From Ruminococcus sp. (GTDB lineage: Bacteria; Bacillota; Clostridia; Oscillospirales; Ruminococcaceae): a stretch of DNA of 64,000 nucleotides. Every line of letters starts with the position of its first letter. Position 1 is the first letter of the stretch. The stretch spans positions 38,612 to 102,611 of the forward strand of contig JAIDUG010000054.1 in the NCBI GenBank assembly GCA_029060305.1. The letters run 5' to 3'. The position numbers and the translations under genes were made by a program. Below, piece after piece: positions 1 to 7,778 of this stretch. Under the pieces are notes generated by a model, which saw nothing but the letters and a program-made list of their open reading frames with translations, did no database searches and was not told the DNA's origin.

Positions 1-536
1 TCAGTAGTCTGATAGTCGAAAGAATCAAGTGCAAGCAGAGCAAATGCCACACCATTAATACCTTGTTGGCTTATCCAGCCGAAATCTTCATAGGGAGTAA
101 TCAGATTCCAGTCGCCTGTATTTTCGGGATTTCTTCCGATAGCTGTAAGAGTAAGTATAATACCTGAATTGTCTGTTGAGTATAAATTATTCAATGCTCC
201 GTTCATATTTACGGAAGATGCGGTAATATTTACTGTTTCAACTATTCTGTCGTAATAATCTTTAAAAATTTTATCGTCTGTGGAATAGTAGTCACCTCTT
301 GCAAGGCACATCATACTCCATTTACATGAAACAGCATCGGAATCAGGTTGTGTAACTGTTTCCGTCATTTCTGAAAGTACGTTTTCCAGTATAGTATCAG
401 TGTTCTGACCGTCTGCATAAACAATATTTTTTTCGGGAATTAAGTTCACTGAATAGTAAGCCTGTTTTAATACCGGACTGTTCAGAATCATTGCGGAAAG
501 AATAACAGAAAAAAACTTTTTTTCATATGCTTTCAA
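1..536 (-). CDS. Secreted alpha/alpha-barrel (prenyltransferase/squalene-oxidase-repeat-like) cell-surface protein; 3' end runs off the window
   Basis: Not in the ORF track. AGGAGG RBS then TTG at 536; frame open to the window edge. Hand translation MKAYEKKFFSVILSAMIL...IVYADGQ (signal peptide) ...STDNSGIILTLTAIGRNP...QQGINGVAFALLALDS, motifs I recognise from Firmicute DUF4430-associated surface proteins. Confidence 0.7.
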   Translation of the reverse strand, partial: MKAYEKKFFSVILSAMILNSPVLKQAYYSVNLIPEKNIVYADGQNTDTILENVLSEMTETVTQPDSDAVSCKWSMMCLARGDYYSTDDKIFKDYYDRIVETVNITASSVNMNGALNNLYSTDNSGIILTLTAIGRNPENTGDWNLITPYEDFGWISQQGINGVAFALLALDSFDYQTT

Positions 537-552
537 ATTTATAACCTCCTGT

Positions 553-586
553 AAATAAAAACACTCCCCTATAAAAATAGTGGAGT
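553..586 (-). terminator. Intrinsic terminator in the riboswitch expression platform
   Basis: Minus strand ACTCC-A-CTA-ttttta-TAG-G-GGAGT followed by GTTTTTATTT, lying between the aptamer and the RBS. Confidence 0.75.
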
Positions 587-612
587 CTTCTCACCAAAAT
601 TTTTTAATTATA

Positions 613-715
613 TAAGACCGGTTGCTGACTTATGAAAATAAATTTCAAATACAGTAATGGTGGTTGTTCAGGATTCTGACCTGATTTCCGGAAAATGCCT
701 TGCACACGTAGGGAA
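613..715 (-). ncRNA. Cobalamin riboswitch aptamer (short form)
   Basis: Minus strand GGAAATCAGG-TCAGAAT-CCTG-AACAACCACCATTACTGTA...TAAGTCAGCAACCGGTC matches the GGGAA/P4 T-loop/ACTG/B12-box consensus; starts just after a perfect promoter. Confidence 0.85.
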
Positions 716-729
716 AATTGCTGATTGAT

Positions 730-758
730 ATTATATCATAATTTTTATTGTTTGTCAA
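730..758 (-). promoter_or_regulatory. Sigma-A promoter of the riboswitch transcript
   Basis: TTGACA-17 nt-TATAAT on the minus strand, with TG extended -10. Confidence 0.85.
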
Positions 759-854
759 GACCTTTTTCTGAAAAAAGTCCTGACTATATAATTTGTTTTA
801 TGTTTTCAACAAGAAGAACGCTGAATATTTATTGTATATTTTTTCGGAATATTA

Positions 855-883
855 TTGACAAATCTGTAAAAATATGTTATAAT
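855..883 (+). promoter_or_regulatory. Sigma-A promoter (divergent)
   Basis: TTGACA-17 nt-TATAAT with TGn. Confidence 0.8.
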
Positions 884-1212
884 ATGTATATTAAGTCTTT
901 CAAATGAAATTGAATTTTAAAGGAGTGAAGAAAGAGTGATTTTAATTTATTGTCGGCTGGAAATTTAACCGGCTTAACATCTGATACAATGATGTTTGCA
1001 GAATGTGGAGAAAAAACACAGTAAATGTTGTACACTGAAAACGATTTTCAGGATTTTACCTGAATTGCGGTTTTCATATTAAAAAAAATAATGAATATTC
1101 TCTCCCTTACAATGAGATTTATTCTGTGATTTTTTTATGGTACTATAACATTCAATGTTATGTATCGTGACGAAAACAACAGAATAAAATTACTGAAACG
1201 GAGGATTCAAAA

Positions 1213-1521
1213 ATGAAAGGAAAAACCAATGCAAGAGTATTCTGTAAGAAAAACACTTCAGACACACTTGACTTTTATATAAAAGTCATGAATCAGAACT
1301 GGTATCTTTTTAGTACCGATTATTATTCAAGTAGTATTTACTATGAATACTACAACGGAAAGATGATTGACGATACTTTCCGTAAAACAAAGAGAGTCCG
1401 TCAGCAGAAATTGAAAGACCGCATTATCCGTACAACAAAATACATAGAAGATGAATATTCTGTTGTAATTCTTGACAGGACAAAAAAACGTAACAACAAA
1501 GAAAGCAGGTTGAATAACTGA
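1213..1521 (+). CDS. Small basic hypothetical protein (102 aa)
   Basis: GGAGG RBS, ATG, followed by a terminator; no motif recognised. Confidence 0.7.
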   Translation: MKGKTNARVFCKKNTSDTLDFYIKVMNQNWYLFSTDYYSSSIYYEYYNGKMIDDTFRKTKRVRQQKLKDRIIRTTKYIEDEYSVVILDRTKKRNNKESRLNN

Positions 1522-1616
1522 ATGTGAAAAAACAATGGAGAATCTACATATAAGAAACTGACATTTGATACTTCTCCATATTCAGAGAACTGACAGAAAT
1601 ATGACTTTATCAAAAA

Positions 1617-1651
1617 TAAAATGCCTCCTGTTTACACAGGAGGTATTTTTT
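1617..1651. terminator. Bidirectional intrinsic terminator
   Basis: AAAATGCCTCCTGT-ttac-ACAGGAGGTATTTT with A- and T-tracts, between convergent genes. Confidence 0.85.
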
Positions 1652-1664
1652 ATGTTATAGAAAA

Positions 1665-4421
1665 TCATACAAGTTTCTGATTAATTAATTCACGTTTCAT
1701 GAGACATAAATCAAATACATCAATTTTGTCATCTTCGTGTAAGTCACCGGCTTTCCAGTCAATGAGAGTTACATCAGGTGTTGAGATGAGCCATTTCTGC
1801 ATTGCTACAACGTCGGCAACATTGAATTTACCGTCTGCATTTACGTCGCCTTTTACTTTTTCTGAAACAGCAGGTTCAAGAATGAACTTCTGACCATCAC
1901 CGCCCCAGTAATTCCACTGACATATATTTGCACCGCTTTCAAGACTTATTCCGAAAACGTCAGCACAGGATTTTCCGTCAGAAACCGCACTAAGAAGCGT
2001 GTAAGAGCCGTCGGAATTACAGTAGAGGTCGAATTTCTGCGAACTGTCACCGGTAATGTCAGCAAGTGCAATATTTGCACCGTCACTGTCTGAACTGTTT
2101 TCTATTGTAAGGGCTTTTCCGTCATTTGACTGTATAATATATGTACCGTCTTTCTGTTTTGCAAGAGACCAGTTTTCCTTGTTACCCTGAATAACATTTC
2201 CGTTGTCGTCAGAAATAAAAAGTCCGCTGTTAAGATTTCTGATAGTGTATTTTCCGTCCTCGACTTCCGGACGTACTGGAGTAAGTTTCCACGACTGACA
2301 AGCACCGCCCCAGTAATTCCATTGTTTTATTACACCACCGTTTTCTTCCGACCAGTCGTAAACGTCAAGACAGGAATTATTTTCTGAGACTTTTGAAACA
2401 ATACCATAAAAAGCACCGTCCTGCACGAGTTTAAACAACTGATTATCACTGCCGTTATATGTCTGTAATACTACATTGAGACCGTCGGAATTGTCAGTAC
2501 CGTCAACGGCAATACATTTTGATTCGTCTTTCATTGAAAGAATTTTGAAATATTCGTCGTCAACAGCAACAAGTCGCCATTCCTGATGACTACCGCCACT
2601 GAGACCCCATTGCTGTATCTGTGTACCGTCTTTTGTACTTCCATCGGAAAGGTCAAGCGACAGTCCGCTGAATTTGTTTGTTATATAGTAGGGGATACCG
2701 CTGATAAGTTCGGTGTTGCTGAGTTTCACATCTGTACCGCTTCCCTGTACTGAATTTGCATTATAAACAGACTTGCTTTCAGTATTAGTTATGTCTTTCA
2801 AGTCCTCCGAAAAATTATAAGCAGTTTTTTTGCTTCCCCATATGCAAGTGTTGTTTCCGGTAGCGGTAAACGTCATTTTCTTTACCATTTCGTCAGATTC
2901 GTCAGCCTGTACAATGAAACTTCCCTTGTAAGTGACGTTATCATACGTGAAAGTCATATAAGCAGAATCTTCCGACATACTCCATTTGCCTTTAACGTCA
3001 CCTGTAACCGTACCGTCCGCATTGAGAGTAATATTCTTTGAGTATTCAACTTCCGCATTATTACCACTTGTTGCTTGGTCTGCGACAATTTTCTGACTGA
3101 GTTTATGGAAAATAAATTCATAATCACCGGTAACCGCTTCCATAGTGTGACCTGTTTCAGAGATTTCCTCGCCGTTGACATATTCGTAAGGCGTTGCAAC
3201 AGGCCAGCCGTCTTCGTTCATTATAAGCTGATGTACACGGACTTCGTGAAAACCGTACTCGTCGTCAAACTTGTTGTGATAGATTACAAATAATCTTCCG
3301 TCATCGTCCATGAGTACAGAATTGTGTCCTTGTGCCTTGTTCGGACGGTCATTGCAGTTCCATTTGTAGTTACTCATAAGACGCATACCGATATTACCAC
3401 CGATATTGTCACCTCCGGAAGTGTAAATAGCAGAATTGCCATTCTGGTCAACGTAAGGTCCTGAGGGTGATTCGCTTCTGAAAATACGCATATTGTAACC
3501 GCCGTCATTGTTGAAACAGCCGTAAGATACAAAAAGATAATAGTAACCTTTTCCTGTTTTAGGATTTTCCATATACTCAATGTAAGGACCTTCGCCGGAA
3601 ACCCAATGTCCACCTGCCGCCTTTATGCCCATATAAGCATCTGAAACGTCGTTTATAGTATCGTACTTTACGTTGTAGTCACGTAATCCGGTTTTTTCGT
3701 CAAGTTCGAGCATATACAGACCGCCAAACCATGAGCCATAAATCATCCATAAGTTGCCGTTTTCGTCGTAGAAAACAGCAGGGTCAATAGCATTTGTGCC
3801 ATACTGAGGATTCCATTTTCCTTTGCTGTCAAGATAGCGTGAAATGTTGGGATTACTGCCGAGTACTTTTTCTGCGTCGGTTTTCTTGTAACTGAAAGTA
3901 TCATTATTTTCAAATCCCGAATATACAATAGTGTCCACATATGTATAAGGACCGTCAATATTATCCGCTGTACAAAGTACTATTGAGGATTTATAGGAAT
4001 CGCCGTTTATACTGAGATACATACAGTATTTGCCCATTACTTCGTTGTATATGATGTCTGGTGCCCAGAGGTTGCCGGATAAGTCATAATCAGCCCTTGA
4101 CGGTGACGACCATGAAGCAGGTACAGCAAGGTCTGTATATATGTCTTTGAAGAATGTAGTATTTTTAGTACCGGCGTTAGAGTTTGCGGTATAAGTCCAG
4201 TGTTCCAAATCGTCGGAACGTACAGCACCGAGGTGTGAACCGATTACATAATAGCTGTCGTCGTCCAGTTTTATGACTGACGGGTCATGAACAGATACAC
4301 GCACTTTATTTGAGGCGGAATCTGCATTCATATTCCCGAAAGTACCGGCATTAGTTCCGGAAAAAAGCATTATTCCCGAAAGCGTAAGTGCCGTAGCCAT
4401 TTTCAGAAGATTTTTTTTCAT
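1665..4421 (-). CDS. Cellulosomal GH43 endo-1,5-alpha-L-arabinanase-like enzyme (Abn2/GH43_4-like) + C-terminal beta domain + tandem CBM13 (ricin) + dockerin
   Basis: Signal peptide; SVHDPSV, WAPD, NAIDP and EGPY motifs as in B. subtilis Abn2; QxW repeats; C-terminal GDVNADG...DWKAGDL...DVFDL dockerin. Confidence 0.85.
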   Translation of the reverse strand: MKKNLLKMATALTLSGIMLFSGTNAGTFGNMNADSASNKVRVSVHDPSVIKLDDDSYYVIGSHLGAVRSDDLEHWTYTANSNAGTKNTTFFKDIYTDLAVPASWSSPSRADYDLSGNLWAPDIIYNEVMGKYCMYLSINGDSYKSSIVLCTADNIDGPYTYVDTIVYSGFENNDTFSYKKTDAEKVLGSNPNISRYLDSKGKWNPQYGTNAIDPAVFYDENGNLWMIYGSWFGGLYMLELDEKTGLRDYNVKYDTINDVSDAYMGIKAAGGHWVSGEGPYIEYMENPKTGKGYYYLFVSYGCFNNDGGYNMRIFRSESPSGPYVDQNGNSAIYTSGGDNIGGNIGMRLMSNYKWNCNDRPNKAQGHNSVLMDDDGRLFVIYHNKFDDEYGFHEVRVHQLIMNEDGWPVATPYEYVNGEEISETGHTMEAVTGDYEFIFHKLSQKIVADQATSGNNAEVEYSKNITLNADGTVTGDVKGKWSMSEDSAYMTFTYDNVTYKGSFIVQADESDEMVKKMTFTATGNNTCIWGSKKTAYNFSEDLKDITNTESKSVYNANSVQGSGTDVKLSNTELISGIPYYITNKFSGLSLDLSDGSTKDGTQIQQWGLSGGSHQEWRLVAVDDEYFKILSMKDESKCIAVDGTDNSDGLNVVLQTYNGSDNQLFKLVQDGAFYGIVSKVSENNSCLDVYDWSEENGGVIKQWNYWGGACQSWKLTPVRPEVEDGKYTIRNLNSGLFISDDNGNVIQGNKENWSLAKQKDGTYIIQSNDGKALTIENSSDSDGANIALADITGDSSQKFDLYCNSDGSYTLLSAVSDGKSCADVFGISLESGANICQWNYWGGDGQKFILEPAVSEKVKGDVNADGKFNVADVVAMQKWLISTPDVTLIDWKAGDLHEDDKIDVFDLCLMKRELINQKLV

Positions 4422-4458
4422 ATGGAAACTCCTTTATTCTGAATTTTATATTAATTTT

Positions 4459-4487
4459 ATTATACAACTGATTTTGTGAAATGTCAA
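4459..4487 (-). promoter_or_regulatory. Sigma-A promoter of the GH43 gene
   Basis: TTGACA-17 nt-TATAAT on the minus strand. Confidence 0.8.
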
Positions 4488-4555
4488 CAAAAACTTTAAA
4501 GAAATATCGGATTTATTTAAAAGTCCGTGAGTAGTAATTTTTTTATTATGAGTGC

Positions 4556-4584
4556 TTGACTGAGATGTTAAAATATAGTATAAT
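4556..4584 (+). promoter_or_regulatory. Sigma-A promoter ~350 nt upstream of yfhO
   Basis: TTGACT-17 nt-TATAAT. Confidence 0.7.
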
Positions 4585-4940
4585 ATAATTTGAAAGGGGT
4601 GAATAACCAGTGATTTAAAAGAAAAAAATAATAATCTGCTGGCAGTTCACATTTACACCGCAAATAAAGATAGAAATGCGGTATGGGATAAAGTCTGTTT
4701 TATCAGAAAGTTTAATATTTTAAATATAGATATATTCCTCAAACGGTAAAATATGCTTTTTTCGTTACCCCTTTCGGTTACTGTAGGCTTTTTGTTTTCA
4801 GATAACTGTCAGGGGTGATTTTGTGGATTGCTGTAATTCAGGAAGGTGGTATGGTACAGAAATATTTTATTTTGCAGAAATCTGCTGACTATTGAAAAAT
4901 AGTAATTTAAAAAATGAAAAGAGGTTGAAAAAACAATATT

Positions 4941-7625
4941 ATGAAAACGAATCAAAAAGTAATAATCAAATCAGCATTATTGTATGTTACAGTGGCGGTA
5001 ATATCTTTTGTGATTGGTCTGTTAATGTTTAAGGTAAGGGAAATATATCCGTTTGGTGAAAAAAATGTGCTTTGTATGGACTTATGGGGACAGTATTTTC
5101 CGATGTATGTCAATAACAAGGAAGCCGACAGTCTTTCCGACCTTATGTATTCGTGGAATGGTGCTTTCGGTTTTAACAACTGGGCTCAGAGTGCTTACTA
5201 CTGCAACAGTATATTTCTTCTCCTGTTCAAGTTTATACCTGTGAGGAATCTTTCAAAAGCACTTGGAATATTCTGTCTGCTGAAAATGTCTTTCAGTGGA
5301 GTATCGTGCCTTGCATATCTGCGTTACAAAACAAAAGACGGTTCTGAATTATTCCAGATTGCAAGTGCTGTTGCCTATTCTGTATGTGCTTATATGCACG
5401 CATATATTTCGCAGTTTATGTGGACAGATATAGTAATATACGCTCCGCTGATAATGCTGGGTATAGAAAAACTTATAAATGAAAAGAAAATGATTTCATA
5501 TACAGTAATACTTGCGGTAGCTTTGATTTCAAACTTCTATATCGGATATGCTGTATGTATCTTCTGTGTTATTTACTTTGTAGGACAGACTGCTGTAAAA
5601 CTCGGATTCTATATAGCAAACAAGAGACCGCATTGCAGAAACAAAAAAATGGTTATTGGTTGTATACTGAGATTCGGTGTATCTTCACTTATTGCCGGAG
5701 CAATGTCAGCATTTGTGATAATACCTGTTGCTATGGCAATATCGCAGACTATAGCTTCTGAAAATCCTTTTCCTGAAAAATTTGAATGGTATGGAAGTCT
5801 GATTTCCGTATTGCAGAATATAACTCCTGAACGTCCTTTATTTCAGGAATACACCGGCGTTAATGCCTTTACAGGAACGGTTATTTTCTTAAGTGTGCCG
5901 TTGTATTTTGTAAACAGGAGTTTTCCTCTTAAAGAAAGAATATCTGATTTTATTGCGACGATTATTCTTCTGATTTCACTCGATTGTAATTACCTTAATT
6001 ATATATGGCACGGTTTCCACTTCCCGAATCAACTTCCGGCAAGGTGGAGTTTCCTGTTATCGCTGTTCCTTATAATGCTGAGCTGTAAAGGTCTTACCGG
6101 CATAAAGAATATACCTGTATCACATACAGTTGCAGGTTGTTTTGCGGGACTTGCCATTTTTTACGCAACAGTCGGCGGTATCGGTGAAAAAACTGAGGAT
6201 ATACAGATTTCAAATAAAGCATCTGCTTTTATTCTTATTCTTGCATTTGGTATTATATTGGTAAGTTTAGTTATGCATATCAAAAGGGAAGTCATATTTG
6301 ACAAGAAAATAAAAATCACTAAAAATGCGGTTGTGATTCTTACAACGGCTGTTGTATCATTTATGATAGTATTTGATTCAGGAAAAAACTTTGTTACAGT
6401 ATCACAGTATGAGGGCGTTAACGGAACTATGGTGAGTGACGAAACATCATATTCAAAAGCCGTGATAAAATCATGCACTTACGGTCAGCAATGGAAATGC
6501 GGTGAAGATGATTTCTACAGAGTGGAGGCAAACAACGGACATACTTTCAATAACTCTATGTTCGGTGATTATCACGGTATGAGATATTATTCCTCAACAA
6601 TGAACGGCAATGTATTTAAATTTCTCAGATTTATGGGAAACCGTGTATACGCTGATAAAGTAAGTTCTGTATATTCGCTTAGTTCACCTGTTCAGAACAG
6701 TATTTTCGGAATCAAATATTTTATGGATTTTGACAGGTATCTCAATAACGTTGTTCCGGATATGACTTTGGTTGAAGAAACTCCGGAGGGAAACTTCTAT
6801 GAAAATCCTACCTGTTTACCGATTGCTTACGCTGTATCTGATAATATTCTTGACTTTGAAGTAAACGACCAGATAAGAGCCTTGACAAATCAGAACGTTT
6901 TTATAAATGCAATGTATGGCGACAATATTGAACCTTTCCAGGAAATACCGGTAGATATGACAACGGAAAATATAACTCTTATGGAAAGTGAGGACTGGAA
7001 TGTCAATTATTTTTCCAATGGTTCTGGTGAGCCGTCATTATTCCACTATACCTTTAAGGTAGAAGAAGACGGTGATTACTTTATGGAACAGAATTTCAGA
7101 GCAGGCACGATACACGTCACCGGAAACAATATAGACAAAAATATTGACCCTGGTGCAAACAGAATGGTCTTTATCGGAAAACTTGCTAAAGATACTGAAA
7201 TTACAATAGATGTAAAGATTGAAAATATCGGACTTGGTTGTTTCGGTCTCAATGTTTACAAATTTGATAATCAGGCGTGGGAGACTGCTTATAATAAATT
7301 TGCATCACAGTCACTTGACGTTACAAGTTTTAAAAACACAACTATCAAAGGCGAAATAACAATGCAGGAAGACGGAGTTATGTTTACAAGTATTGCACAG
7401 GACGGTGGCTGGCGTGTATATTGTGACGGAAATGAAGTCAGCACATATAAGATAGCTGATGCACTTCTCGGAGCAGATATTCCGGCAGGACAGCACACGA
7501 TTACTTTTAAATATCATGTCCCTGGTTTTGTAACAGGGCTTATAATATCACTGAGTGCATTGGCAGTATTGATTCTGATTATTGTATTGAGAAGACCTCT
7601 TAAAAAGACTTTGTTTGCATGGTAA
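4941..7625 (+). CDS. yfhO: YfhO-family membrane protein (GT-C glycosyltransferase for cell-wall polymer glycosylation)
   Basis: 894 aa, many TM segments, MDLWGQY, W.GFHFPN.LP.RWSF, GMRYYSS and C-terminal IPAGQHTITFKY motifs. Confidence 0.85.
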   Translation: MKTNQKVIIKSALLYVTVAVISFVIGLLMFKVREIYPFGEKNVLCMDLWGQYFPMYVNNKEADSLSDLMYSWNGAFGFNNWAQSAYYCNSIFLLLFKFIPVRNLSKALGIFCLLKMSFSGVSCLAYLRYKTKDGSELFQIASAVAYSVCAYMHAYISQFMWTDIVIYAPLIMLGIEKLINEKKMISYTVILAVALISNFYIGYAVCIFCVIYFVGQTAVKLGFYIANKRPHCRNKKMVIGCILRFGVSSLIAGAMSAFVIIPVAMAISQTIASENPFPEKFEWYGSLISVLQNITPERPLFQEYTGVNAFTGTVIFLSVPLYFVNRSFPLKERISDFIATIILLISLDCNYLNYIWHGFHFPNQLPARWSFLLSLFLIMLSCKGLTGIKNIPVSHTVAGCFAGLAIFYATVGGIGEKTEDIQISNKASAFILILAFGIILVSLVMHIKREVIFDKKIKITKNAVVILTTAVVSFMIVFDSGKNFVTVSQYEGVNGTMVSDETSYSKAVIKSCTYGQQWKCGEDDFYRVEANNGHTFNNSMFGDYHGMRYYSSTMNGNVFKFLRFMGNRVYADKVSSVYSLSSPVQNSIFGIKYFMDFDRYLNNVVPDMTLVEETPEGNFYENPTCLPIAYAVSDNILDFEVNDQIRALTNQNVFINAMYGDNIEPFQEIPVDMTTENITLMESEDWNVNYFSNGSGEPSLFHYTFKVEEDGDYFMEQNFRAGTIHVTGNNIDKNIDPGANRMVFIGKLAKDTEITIDVKIENIGLGCFGLNVYKFDNQAWETAYNKFASQSLDVTSFKNTTIKGEITMQEDGVMFTSIAQDGGWRVYCDGNEVSTYKIADALLGADIPAGQHTITFKYHVPGFVTGLIISLSALAVLILIIVLRRPLKKTLFAW

Positions 7626-7657
7626 AAAAGCCGTTATAAAAAATATGTTATGTTATT

Positions 7658-7690
7658 TGCCGGACTATGTTTCAGTCCGGCATTTTTATT
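7658..7690 (+). terminator. Intrinsic terminator after yfhO
   Basis: TGCCGGACT-atgtttc-AGTCCGGCA-TTTTT. Confidence 0.8.
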
Positions 7691-7778
7691 TATTGTGACA
7701 TACCACATAATCTATTGACATTACGAAAAATATGTGGTAATATTTATGTATAATATTTTTAAGAAGGAGGATTTTTTA

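Noticed and set aside
725-907. 60-aa ORF in the track
   Set aside because: Spans two divergent consensus promoters, has no RBS and an AT-rich low-information translation.
1036-1050. TGAAAACGATTTTCA as a cre/LacI-type operator
   Set aside because: 15 bp rather than the 14-bp cre geometry, and not positioned at a defined promoter; insufficient support.
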